From Eledone cirrhosa (taxonomy: Eukaryota), in the NCBI GenBank assembly GCA_964016885.1, contig OZ024741.1, positions 76,446,001 to 76,510,000 of the forward strand: 64,000 nucleotides of DNA. The letters are read 5' to 3'. This document shows, piece by piece, positions 13,841-27,094 of the stretch. A program made the translations under genes and the position numbers. Numbering within the stretch: position 1 is the first letter of the stretch; each line of letters starts with the position of its first letter. Under the pieces are notes generated by a model. The model had not been told where the DNA came from. It ran no database searches and was given only the letters and a program-made list of their open reading frames with translations.

Positions 13841-14089
13841 CAATTATATATATATACACATTGTCATAATTACATACTTACATATATACGTGGTAACTAT
13901 CCACATATGTGCAAGGAAGACTATCAATGACTATCAAAATCCTATTTTTGACAGTGAGTTTTTAAGCCTGTCAGACATGGTTTTTCGCAAATGTTACAAA
14001 CAAAGCTGCATACATGTAGAAGTTTATATATCCCGAATATATTTCCAAACCTTCCCAAATGTACTGTATGTTATGTATATATTGTCGTG

Positions 14090-14720
14090 ATCTTACCGTA
14101 GCGAACCTTCTCACTGCCCTTATGAAATTTTTCAAAAACATCTGCACTATCCTTTATCCATTTTCTTTATTAGCAGCGATGAAAAACATTTCTTTCCTAA
14201 TTGTCCTCATATATTGCAAATGATTTAAAAGAGAATTTTACACTGTCCTTAAACCTTGTGCTGAGGGCACTTTCTACATACAAGCTCACCATACAGCATC
14301 AGCTTCGGCATCTTCCGATCATTTATTCGAACAAGATGTCTGGTCCAACGTAAACAGTGCTTCTGCACTATTGCCTCAATATTCAAGACGTCGGCTACCC
14401 TGAAAATTTCTGTCTCTAGTTCGTGGAGACCAGCTAACATTCAAATAATTCTTAAATATCTATACTTGTGGAGGACCTATATTTTACAGGAGTAACGAAG
14501 AGGGTCAATGAACATGTACAATACACATGTACTGAACACAAGGTTCAAACTGAATGAATTAGTTTCTTTCTGATATCTTAGCAATATTTCATTATCTAGG
14601 AATAAAAAACGTCAGTGTGCTGCCCAGAGGGAGAAACCTGTCTACTACATTCAGCTACGTTCCTTCAATTTAGATGGCTTCACATATGTGTTAACTAGAG
14701 CAGGCCAAAACATTACAAGG
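14090..14720 (-). mobile_element. Old RTE LINE 3' fragment
   Basis: ORF 14249-14440 (CLRWTRHLVRINDRKMPKLMLYGEL) matches the RTE C-terminal LRW.GH..RM...R.P...LYGEL motif seen in 15561-16910. Confidence 0.8.
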
Positions 14721-14827
14721 GTCTTGTTCAGTTAATTCTGAGTTATAATGCCTTACTGAAATATAATCCATGGGAACATGCAAACTTCTGTACAAAGAAT
14801 ATCACGGTCAAGATATCAAAAGACACT

Positions 14828-15010
<183 letters not shown>

Positions 15011-15012
<2 letters not shown>

Positions 15013-15507
15013 GAAGGCTACAAACTTTGATAAGAGTATTGCAATCGTTTGTCAGATTACAGAAAATGGTGCACTTTTAGACTACGGCCTGCCACACGAA
15101 CCTATAACATATTCTGAACAAGCAATGCCTGTGCTCGACCAATCCCACTCTCTCAGTAACGAAAACACTACCCGAAAAGGAGAACTGGTCAACATCATCA
15201 GATGCTTCTGAAGCCGCAGGTTTTTTTCTAGAGTTTCCCTCTCCTAGAAAGGTGTTGTGACAACAACTGGGGGCCTTTCACGCCCAGGTGAAAAAAATAG
15301 AAGAAAAGTAATGTTTGGATGGCCATTGACTCTGCCACGTTCCTCTGTCCTTTGTCGGGTCTTGTATTTCATCCTGTGGGGTATCCAAATACCATTCTCC
15401 ACACCAAGCAAGCTTGGTGGGGCTGCCAGTTTAGTCGCCGATGACCCGACCACGAGACAGGTTGCACTGGGTTACATATTACCAATAGCACTCGAGAGTG
15501 ACCTGAC
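15011..15507 (-). mobile_element. Short internally deleted RTE derivative (SIDE/SINE-like): head, RTE 5'UTR, RTE 3' tail
   Basis: 15066-15290 matches the RTE 5'UTR at 19033-19292 (with a ~36-nt gap); 15012-15057 matches the RTE 3' end at 15515-15561; no ORF. Confidence 0.9.
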
Positions 15508-15511
15508 ACAT

Positions 15512-18500
15512 GCATGATGGCTGCAAACTCTACCAAGAGTATTGCAATCGCTTGTCAGATTCAGATGTGGGACGCTCGGGTGTGGCTTTTCAAGCCTGCT
15601 AGAGACTTGCACTCCTTCACACACTGACGACAACTAGGGATCTCCCTGGCTTGAGGTCCCGCATCAGGTTGCCCGTGAACCCTCACAACACCGTGGAGAT
15701 CATAGTTCACTGGTTGTCTTTGAACATGGCTGCGACTGTGGCTCCTGAGACCAGATTTGCCCAAGCAAACTTTTCCACACTCAGGGCACTTCAATTCAAT
15801 GGAGACACCAATCGTTTCGAGAGATACACCAGGGCATTGCTTACGCACATCCCTTTTGATCTTCTCGTGCTCTATGCGTCTGTCCTCAAAATTATGGACC
15901 CCATCATTTACCATTCCACGCCAAGTTTCTCTTTCAAGAGCTGCTATCTCCCAGTCAGCCATCATCAAACCAGTTTTTTTCAATGTGTCCTTTCCACAAT
16001 CCTTGAATCGGAGCTTTGGTTTGTGAGGTTGTCTCTTACCCTCACAAAGCTCGCCATACAAGAGTTGGTTTGGGATTCGATCATCCTCCATTCTGCAGAG
16101 GTGTCCGGTCCATCGCAAACGCCGTTGGTGGATGATACTCTCAATGCTCCGACACTCACTTCTCTCAAGGACCTCATCATCACTCACATGCATCTGCCAC
16201 TTGATACTAAGCATCTTTCTGAAACACTGCTGGTGAAACCGTTCCAGTCTGTGGATATGCCGTTTGTAGGCAACCCATGTCTCACATGCATACAGCAAAG
16301 CTGACAGTATACATGCAGCATACACTCTCACCTTGGTCCTCATTGTGATTCCTCGCCTGCACCAAAGACGGTCGTTGAGCCTTCCAAATGACTCACTTGC
16401 CTTACTAACACGTAGACCAACTTCTGCATCCAGAGAGCAGGTCACACTCAGAGTACTCCCCAAATACACAAATGTGCCAGCAGCCTTCAGCTTTTGACCG
16501 TATACGTGTATGGAGGGTTCATTGAAAACTTTATCCGGAGCAGGTTGGTACATGACGACAGTCTTCTTCAGACTGATTGTAAGTCCCAAAGCACTGCACG
16601 CATTGGAAAAAGAATCTATAGGGTGTTGTATGTCACTCTGGGAGTGTGCAAAGAGATCACAATCATCTGCATATAAAAATTCTCTGATCAAGGTACTCAG
16701 TACCTTAGTGTTGGCAGTGAGACGCCTAAGGTTAAACAGCTTGCCGGAAGTGCGATATCTGAGATAGATACCGTGTTGACAATCCTTGAAGGCCATGAAG
16801 AACACCATCGCGAAATACAAGGCAAACAAAGTTGGTGCAGGTATATCACCCTGCTTGACACCATTTTCAACCGAGATTGGCTCAGACAGTTTACCTCCAA
16901 CATCAGCCATGCCTTCATGTCATCGTGGAATAGTTTCAGAATGTTCACAAACTTTTCTAGACAGCCCAATCTCTCTAAAATAACCCACAAAGCCTTCCAA
17001 TTAACGTTGTCAAATGCCTTAGTCAGATCGACAAAAACTTGGTATAAGTCCATGCGCTGCTCAATGCATTTCTCTTGAAGTTGTTTGGCCGAGAAGATCA
17101 TGTCAACAGTGCCTCTGCCATTCCTAAAGCCACATTGGGACTCAGGAAGTACCTCAACAGCAATGTGCTCTATCAATCTGTCCAACAATATCCTGCACAA
17201 GATTTTCCCAGCCACAGATAGCAGTGAAATACCTCTGTAGTTGCCACAGTAATCTTTGACTCCCTTTCCTTTGTAAAGTACCACCATCAGTGCATCTTTC
17301 CAATCCTGTGGCACATCTTCTTCATTCCAAACATTCACAAAGAGATCAGTGAGGCAGTTTAAGAAGTTATCACCAGCACACTTGAAAATCTCGACACTCA
17401 GTCCATCCATTCCAGGTGACTTGCCGCTGTTTAATTTGGCAATGGCCTTCACCATCTCATCAAATGAAGGAGGATCAGCCATTGCCAGCTTTGTAGGCCT
17501 GGATGGAATCGACCGGATGAACTCATCATCAATTTCTGATGGTCTGTTGAGAAGCTCATCAAAGCGGTCATGCCACCTGATCAGGATTTCCTTCGGATCT
17601 CTGAGCAATGCCTTGCCGTCCCCGGAGCGAAGTGGTGATATTTGTGAACCGGTTGGACCATACACCTCCCTGAGCAGACTGTATAGGAGCTTTGTATTAT
17701 GTCTATCTGAGGCCTTCTGGATTTCATCAGCCTTTTGGCTCCACCAGGTATCCTGCATGGCTCTCAACCGATGTTGCACACGTGCCTTGATCTGTCTGAA
17801 GGTCCGGTCACTCCTGTCAGAACGTGTCTCACACAACAATGATGTCAGCACTTCTTGTTTCTCTTCAAGCAAGGTCTGGATCACTGGATCATTTTCATCG
17901 AACCAGTCTTTATGCTTTCTATTGGTATGACCCAAAACTCCAGCACTAACACCATATACGGTTTTCTTCAATGATTCCCAAGTGTTTTCACATTTCATGG
18001 ACTCAAGGGACCTCGACAGCTCAGTTCTGACTTTCTCTGCTTTCAAACGAGCCACGTTTAGTTGTTTTAGAAGTGCAACCTTCTTCCCCTTTACTTTGGG
18101 CTTCACAACAAATTGAAACTTGGCGCACACCAGACGATGATCAGTCCAACATTCTGCGCCTCGCAATACACGAACCAACGTGATATCCCTGATATCACGC
18201 TTTCTTGTTAAAACGAAGTCAATAAGGTGCCACTTCTTAGAACCTGGTTGCATCCAAGTTGTCTTATATTTGTCTTTCTGCTGAAAGAGCGTGTTCCCAA
18301 CAACAAGATCCATCTCAGTGCACATATGCAACAGAAGTAGGCCATTGTTATTGAACTTACCTACTCCATGCCTGCCCATCACACTCCAAGCTTCCCAGTC
18401 ATTACCAACACGTGCATTAAAATCACCAAGGATGACAATCTTGTCTGCATAAGGTTTACCATGGATGACCTCTCTCAAAGACATGTAGAAACTTAGTTTT

Positions 18501-19308
18501 TCATCATCACTAGCACACATAGTAGGAGCGTACACACTGACCAGAGTCACAAAGCGGTTTTGAATCAGAGGGACTCTCATGGACATTATCCGATCATTGA
18601 ATCCACAAGGAAGATTTTCCAGCTTTGAGACGATTCCATTCCTGACTGCAAATGCGACCCCTGCCTCTCTCATACAACCCTCTGCTTCACCACTCCAATA
18701 GAAGGTACATCCTCCCTTCTGTTCTGTAAATTGACCCTCACCTGCCAATCTCGTTTCTGAAAGAGCAACGATGTCCATGCTATAGCGATCGAGTTCCCTC
18801 GACACCAAAGCAGATCTTCTTTCAGGGCGAGTTTTAATGGACTGGGAATCCAATAAAGTTCTTACATTCCAACATCCAATATTCAGAGGTTTGAACCTCC
18901 TTGCAGTTGTAGGATGACGACCGGGACCACGCTGCGGTGCCATGGGACACCTGCCGGGCCAGACCCCTTCACAATAAGTTCCAGAGCCCTTACTGCCATT
19001 GACTTCAAGGTTATCATCTGCATCATAGAGTTTGGTGCACTTTTAGGCTAGGGCCAGCCACACGAACCTGTAACAGATCCTGAACAAGCGATGCCTGTGC
19101 TTTGAAGGTTTTTGTAAGTGTGGAAAGGCCTTGCACGTGACCAATCCCACTCTCTGAGCATCGAAAACACTACCCGAAAAGGAGAACTGGTCAACATCAT
19201 CGGATGCTTCCAAAGCCGCAGGTTTTTTTTTCAGAGTTTCCCTCTCCTAGAAAGGTGTTGTGACAACAACTGGGGGCCCTTCACTCCCAGGTAAAATAAT
19301 AAAAAAGA
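15512..19308 (-). mobile_element. Near full-length RTE LINE (lacks the 5' head module)
   Basis: 5'UTR 18944-19308, APE-RT ORF, short 3'UTR ending GCAGCCATCATG; (CATA)n lies at the 5' flank. Confidence 0.97.
15561..18943 (-). pseudogene. RTE polyprotein (APE endonuclease, reverse transcriptase, two C2H2 fingers) split by one frameshift near 16905-16915
   Basis: ORF 16697-18943: GCWNVRTL, ALSETRL, LGDFNARVG, WTDHRLV, YRGISLLS, ESQCGFR, FVDLTKAFD. ORF 15561-16910: GVKQGDI, FLYADDC, FVYLGS, CPECGK..HSRSH, CRQC..HTRASH. Confidence 0.95.
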
Positions 19309-19346
19309 CATACATACATACATACATACATACATACATACATACA

Positions 19347-19377
<31 letters not shown>

Positions 19378-19399
19378 GTGCGTGTGTACATACAGTGAT

Positions 19400-20140
<741 letters not shown>

Positions 20141-20159
20141 ATACATACATACACATAAA

Positions 20160-20412
20160 AATATGTAAAACATTCCAAAAAATTTGCATTCAATAACTGC
20201 ATATACACATGTACAGATACAAAGCATATGCACATGCACACATACAACTCAAAACATCCACATCCACACATACAATAACATCCATATGCATGCATGCATA
20301 CATAATCTATCTAGTTGATGTGTAAATTCCAATGAGAGAGTCTTGTGTCTATGTTAGAAACCGACTCTCTCTCTATTGGCAAAAATTTGTGAAAATATAA
20401 AACCAGAAGAAC
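20160..20412 (+). mobile_element. Second tandem 3'-end copy of the REL-LINE
   Basis: Repeats 19782-20140 (ATGTAAAACATT, AATAACTGCATAT, CTAGTTGATG, CTATGTTAGAAACCG, AAAACCAGAAGAAC). Confidence 0.8.
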
Positions 20413-20898
20413 ATACATACATACATACATACATCTATTTATACACAGAAATGCACTCACAGACTGATATATACTGAAATGACTGGAACAATCTTGACTG
20501 AAATAAGAAAGCTTTGTCATTTTGTAAGTGACCGACTTTAATAATTTCAAGAGTATATATGTATATATATATACTCTTTTACTCTTTTACCTGTATATAT
20601 ATTTATTTATTTATTTGTTTGTTTATTTATATTTACTTGAGTACAAGTACATTCAGACGAATACACATACCGACATTCGCACACATATGCAAACATATAC
20701 TTACATACTCGTATGGAAGCGCATTAAATCATACTCAACATATTCAGAAAATCTTGGAATTGTCTTGATTCAAACAAAGAAGTCTTGTCATTAAATGACT
20801 GTCCGGTAGTATCTCTGCGTAGAATTTAAATATATCTCAAAGATTTAGATATACATACATACATACATACATACATACATACATACATACATACATAC

Positions 20899-21372
20899 AT
20901 GGTGGCTGCCAACTCGTTTTCGAGTACGGCCACTACTTTATATCCATGTAGGAGAACCCCTACCGATGCGCTGAACGAGTGTGACTTTTTAGTCCAGACA
21001 GCGACTTGAAAACTCTGGTACAAACACTACACTTGTGACAATTATTGACACATAGTGCTGGGCCCATGGTACCATGTGACGGCAAGTGCAGAGAGATTCC
21101 AGATATAAAGCAATGCCTGTGCCGTGAAGCTTTTATAGTGAGCAAAGGCACTGCACAAAGCCAGTCCCACTCTCTTAACCAAGATGATATTTACCAAAAA
21201 GAAGAACAAGTCAACATCATTGGATACCATCAGGGTGCAGGTGTTATATCAGAGTTTTCCTTCTCCTAGAATTCTGCCTTGACAAAGGCTAAGGGGTCAT
21301 CCTGCAGGACTAAAAACAAAACCTGTCAAAGGGCAAAGGAGCTCTTAAGAGTCAATGGCCATCCAAAATCAC
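20899..21372 (-). mobile_element. RTE-derived SINE/SIDE family 2, with inverted 5' segment 21298-21372
   Basis: 20899-21300 is nearly identical to 51685-52088; tail encodes [26 protein letters not shown], an RTE C-terminal zinc finger; sits inside (CATA)n. Confidence 0.92.
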
Positions 21373-21973
21373 ATACATACATACATACATACATACATGC
21401 ATACATGCATAAATACATACATAAATACATACATACGTGCATACGTACATACATACATACATACATACATACATACATACATAAATACATAAATACATAC
21501 ATAAATACACACATACGTGCATACGTACATACATACATACATACATACATACATACATACATACATACATACATACATACATACATACATACATGCATAC
21601 ATACTAGTGTGCGTGTGTGCACGTGTGTATACATATGTATATATACAATTTTTAATATATTTGAAAAGTATTTTTTTACATCATTTACGAAGTGATAATA
21701 TGCCTTTTGATTCCCATTACTATAAACCTAGCTCTATTTTAGTGCATGTTATCTTTTTCGCATTGATATATTATAATCACGAAATGTCTATAGTTATTGA
21801 ACATAAATATTTTATCATTTATAATTATTAATTACTATTTTAGGCTTCCCCAATTTTAACGTTTTTCCTACTAAATTTTAAAGGTTATTATTTAGAACTT
21901 TGCTTACGAAATCGGAACATTTCTACCACTGGTACATTAAAACATGTAATGTAAATTATTTCAATTTAATTGA

Positions 21974-22042
21974 CTCTGATGAACTATTTTCACATGAACG
22001 AACTTTATATAATTCCTGTTAGTCTAGCGAAACGGTCGTAAG
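21974..22042 (+). ncRNA. Degenerate type I hammerhead ribozyme (PLE-type)
   Basis: CT-CTGATGA-A-CTA...TAG-C-GAAAC-GGTC-GTA-AG; stem III segment ACGGUCGU is self-complementary; the 10.1-11.1 pair is an A-C mismatch. Confidence 0.55.
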
Positions 22043-22739
22043 CCTATCAAATGTTTTTATTTTAATCCATGTTTTAATATTCGTTTTATATATTCATAAT
22101 AACGATACCACCAAACATTATGTCGGGTGCCATTTTTTTTCATACTTGAACAGATCATTTGAGATAATATATCTCTAGAATTGATCTGCAGCCATCGGAA
22201 ATCTTCATTCCAGAGACTAAGGGAAGTGATGGAAACCGGCAGTCAATAATAGCTTCTTAGATGTTTGATGATGGTCGCCAAACGATTGAATCGGAAGGTA
22301 GTAATCAGTGAGAACACGGGGAATCGGTCGTCTAACCCGCTCCCCTAATAGCTGTATACATGCGAAGTATAGCTTCAACCAAAATCAAGTGAAAAAAGGT
22401 TCAAAAGTAAAAAAGACTATTCCGTGAATTCGAGTAACAGTTGTTTTATTGTTTATTTTAATTTTTATTTGCAATATATATTGTATTTTTTTTTTTTTTT
22501 TTTAGAATAACAGCGTTACTGGTTACAACATACCAATGACTCCGTTGTATCTAAGATAGGATTGTGCCTATTCTAGAAAACATTAACTAATATCCGATAT
22601 AATTTAATCAGATAAATTGCCAGTGGTGAGTGGAGAAAGAGAAGATAGAAGTTGTTAGGTTGTGAGAGGTAACAAGATGTCACCGACAAAATAATGAGTG
22701 GTGAGAGGTAAGAGAGAGAGGTGGAAGAAAAGAAATATC

Positions 22740-22930
22740 GGTTTCTAATTTAGGCATAAGTCCAGTAAATTTGGATGAAGTGTAAAGTTGATTAAATTGA
22801 AACTCTATACTTTATTTTATTGACCCTGGAAGGATGAAAGCCGAAGTTGTTCTCGAAAGAATTTAAATTTATAACGCTAAAACTCGAAAGAATTTAAATT
22901 TAAAACGCAAAATAATTAGATACTACAGGA
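22740..22930 (-). mobile_element. Degraded copy of the abundant tRNA-SINE family
   Basis: TTTTATTGACCCTGGAAGGATGAAAGCCGAAGTT matches the family core at 62250-62290. Confidence 0.65.
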
Positions 22931-23610
22931 CATTTTTTACGGGGGGCTTTCAGAAGAGAAATATTGAAGTGGTTAAGGTTTGGAGAGAGACTTACTGAAA
23001 GGGTGAGAGGTATAGGGTTACAGAGAGTTAATGATTTGAAAACAGAATTAGTGACTGAGAGAGATGGGCGGGGGAAGAATATTGAAAATATTAAGATTCA
23101 GGGAAAAAGTGAAGAGTGGATAGAGAGGGGGGTGAGTAAGTGAATGACAGAAAGAGACAGAGAGTAAAGAAAGGACAAGGGAGAGGAGGGGAGGGGGATG
23201 TTTAAGAAACATTTAAGATTAAGCCACAACGAAACACATGGAAAGGGTGAGAGGGGTGACTTCCGAGCGTCAATGAGTTGGAGGCTGAGTGAGTGATTAA
23301 AAGAGAGGGGAGGTGGATGGAGATGGGTGAAGAGGCGGAATAAATGAGGATGAAATACTGAACAGATTAAAGCTGGATGAGAGGGGGAAAGAAGAGAGAA
23401 ATACAGAGAGAAGGGGAGAAAATAGATGGAAGAGTATAAGTAAGTAATAGACGCAAGGAAAAGAGAAATTGGGGGGGGGGGGGTACAGAGTGGAGACTTG
23501 GTCAGAGAAAAAGAAAGAGAAGAGAAGAGAAGAGAAAGATAACGAGTGAAAGCAGACGACAGCAATGTAGAAATGACAGATAATTGGATGGGCGTGAATG
23601 TGTGTGCGTG

Positions 23611-23661
<51 letters not shown>

Positions 23662-24107
23662 CAGCGAGAAAGAGAAAGAAAGGTTGTGTATTGTGTGCAC
23701 GAGTGAAAGAGATTAAAAGAAGAATGTGTAATATTGAATATGACCGAGAACAAGAGTTGGAGACAGAAGGCGTGGTAACGATAAGGAAGAAATAGTGAGA
23801 GTGTGAGAGAGAGGGAGATGGGGAGGAGATAGTTGAATTGAGACCTTAGAAAGGGTAGGGAAAAGAAAAGGAGACATTTTGATGGTTTGAAGAATTGTCG
23901 AAATCCAAAACAGTTATATATACACATACACATAAACATACTTTCACGCACAAAAACACATTCTCTTTTACACTCAACAACAACAGGCAGTTAAAATGTA
24001 TTCGTTTTAGGGGAGAGGGGAATGAAGATGAAGGTTGTGGTGGTGGCGGCTGATGGATGCTGTTGGCTGGAATTTTCGCGGAGTGCCTGCTATCGAACGA
24101 ATGAAGA

Positions 24108-24500
24108 ATGCTTCTTCTTAACTCGACCGACGCCTGTAGCTCTGCGGCTGGTGATGACAAGACGCCAGTATTGGTCGGCCAGTCGCCGGCGACAGTCGTT
24201 CTGATGATCAACAGTTCCTGCTATATGAACGAAAGCGTGGCCAAAAGACATGGCCCGCAGCGTTACACAGACAACAAGGCCACTGCTACCACTACCAACA
24301 GCAACAACACTGGTGGCGGTGGCGGAGGCAACAGCTCTCGGAACTTTATATATGCACTGGCCGCCGCCACTTCGTTTGTTTTCCTACTGATCGTCTGTTA
24401 CGCTATTTGGACGTTTTCCATTAAAACTATTCTTCCAGTCGTCACCGAATCCAACAAGAACCTTAAAGATCTCCAGCCCAATAACATGCCACCGTTGTTG
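24108..24500 (+). CDS. First coding exon of a host gene for a type II single-pass membrane protein (family unassigned)
   Basis: GC-elevated island; in-frame TGA at 24102 just upstream of ATG 24108; 131 codons with polar N-terminus, Gly run and hydrophobic segment FIYALAAATSFVFLLIVCYAIWTF; ends at TTG|GTAAGT donor (24501, phase 0); possible acceptor TTCGTTTTAG at 24010. Confidence 0.75.
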
Positions 24501-26916
24501 GTAAGTGAACACACGGCTTCTAGCTTATCCGTTTACTGCTCCCCTTTCATCTGGCTTTCAATATATCCCTTTCTATCTTTTTTCTTTGGTCTTTTTTTAT
24601 AATGCGTTCGTTCTTCCGTTTATTCTTACTCTCTTCTAACACTTTGTTACTCTTGGTTTGTTTAATTATTTGTTTATTTATTCATTCAATTATTCCTTAC
24701 TTTCTTTTCTTCATTCTGTTATTTTTTACTCTTTCTTATCACTGTGAAAACTGCGAATATAAAGAGGCACGATTGAGTTTAGCGAACTGAGTCTTACCCA
24801 TTCTCCTTGTTTTTTTAATTATATTATCAAAAGGATTTAGATAAAAACAATAACATTTTATCGTTAAATTTTCACACAAATAACTTACAGTGTTTTGTTG
24901 CGTTCCTATCACACTGGAAACAACTTTAACTTTTAACTCCATGTCTCAGTAAAATTAATGTCAATTTAATACACCTTGGTATTCTCTGTGGAAAACGCGT
25001 TGTCTTCTTTATTCATCAGATTATTTTGATGCATCATCTAGTGCTTGGATGAAAAATACGTATTATAGAAGTCAGGGTTGCTGCTGTTGTCCGTGTGATA
25101 AAAAAAATCATTTTAGCCATAACCATCTCATCTTTTTCCTGTGTATAGTGACTGCAGGATCAATACGAAACAGAATCAAAGGCGAAGATCTACTTATACT
25201 GGAACCCATTTGTCCCAGTAGACACCTTGGCATATTAGCTAATTATATTAATGGCAATGATTTCTTTGATCTTGAAAGGAAGACCTCATTGATTTTTACT
25301 TTATAAAGTTGCTGTTGCTACTGGTGTTGTTGCTGTTATTTTATTTTATTTTATTTTATTTTTTTCCCATAAATCAACCCTGATTGAGCATTCGAGCCGT
25401 ATTAATAATCCTGTTTTGAAAATGAATCTAGGATTGCATATAATGCAATCTGTATTATCTAATGTGTCCTTTCTCTCTTTTAAAGTTTCTACGGGTATAT
25501 TTTAAGGGAGATTTAGCAGTTATTTCTGGTAAATCAAAAGACCACGTAAAACTGTCCCGCTGGTTGATGATTTCTGTCTGCTATTACAGAAATCTATAAG
25601 CATATTACTGATATATATATTTCAATATTAAGGGATGACATACAAAGTCAACCCCAGGAAGATTCGAGCTCTAAGTAAATGGACATATCATAGCCCCACA
25701 AGACTTTACAGTTTCTGTCAAACAATTCCCTTCCATTCAGCCGTTGTTGATCCACTTCTGGATAACCATACTCAGTATATCATTAACGATTTATTTATAA
25801 TGGTTGTAGATCTACCAGTTCACACTCGTCAAGTGCAGGTTGAACGGATTGCTCCCGTGATCTTCTGATTAAACATGACTATCAGAACTCAAACGGAAAT
25901 TGAATTTAAAACGTAAAGAACCGGAACATATATTGCAAGGCATCCGATGCTTTAACAATTCCGCTAATCCACCACATGTGACTATTACTTTATATATATA
26001 TATATATATCAACTTCGAAAGTGTAAGAGGCAAGCAGAGTCGAAACGAATACTGCAAGACTCTGCCAATTTGCCGCTTTCATTTTTGATTTCTAGCATAG
26101 TCAAAAAATCACAAAACAAAACGGCCTGAGAAAACTCTTCTTCAAGATTAAATCGATTGGCTGGTATATTTTTATGTTTCATATCATCAACCTTGAAAGG
26201 ATGAATGTAAATTCGACATAAACAGAGGACGAAATAAATAGTGACGACTTGAACGTCTTTGATCATAAATCCGCTCAGTCAGAGATATCTGCGATCATTA
26301 TACACATGAATAAAAAAATAAATAAATAAATAATAAAAAAAAAAAAACAATATTTACGGAAAGTGTTACGTTCGTGCTTTTCAATCTTTTTGAAATGTGT
26401 CTTGTGATTGAAATTTGATAGACGGAGTTTGTAGAAGCCCACCGTATAATATATATGTACACACACACATGTGTGTGTGTGTGTTTCTCTGTGCTTGTTT
26501 ACTGTTTGTGTTGTAAATATTAGTTCAACAAAATGTGATCGATAAAATAAGTATCAGGTCCATAAGATCGACGAAATCCGCTCAAGAATGTACCCCAGCA
26601 TGCGTTACCAGTAAAAGAACAACAGAAATAAAACCATTGTAATAAAAGAAAATATTAAATTACGAGGTTTTCAAGACACTCTGGCATTAACATAGATTTT
26701 TTTTAAAGCCATATTTTTTTTTTTTAATTCTCGGCAGTTTTAGATACTCCTTGCAACACACCGTTTGAAAACCACTGCGCTACGCTAGTGAACTGAGGAC
26801 ACAAAAACAATTGATGGAAGAAGGGATGGCACACTGGCCAAACGATGAAAAGTCAACACGTAAAACATACACGGATCACTACACCAAGTCATTCCAGCGT
26901 TGCCATAGGTAGGCTT

Positions 26917-27094
26917 GATCAGAGGATCACCTGATGTCAAGGTTTATGAGAGCAATGTGCAAGTAATACGTTGGATTTGGACCCTGGAATATCCTGAATT
27001 CTCAGATCAGGGGCTCACCTGATGTCAGGGCTTATGAGAGCGATATGAAAGTAATACGTTGGATCTGGGCCCTGGAATATTCTGAATTCTCAGA
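26917..27094. repeat. Tandem duplication, 2 x 88 bp
   Basis: GATCAG.GG.TCACCTGATGTCA...GAATTCTCA starts at 26917 and again at 27005. Confidence 0.9.

Noticed and set aside
15651-17930. Plus-strand ORFs of 217 and 193 aa
   Set aside because: Antisense shadows of the RTE ORF.
15066-19292. LTR retrotransposon suggested by flanking direct repeats
   Set aside because: No TG..CA termini, PBS, gag or integrase; the repeat is the RTE 5'UTR copied in an adjacent short derivative.
22150-22330. Mariner transposase remnant (TDYYL on minus)
   Set aside because: Similarity too short and degraded.
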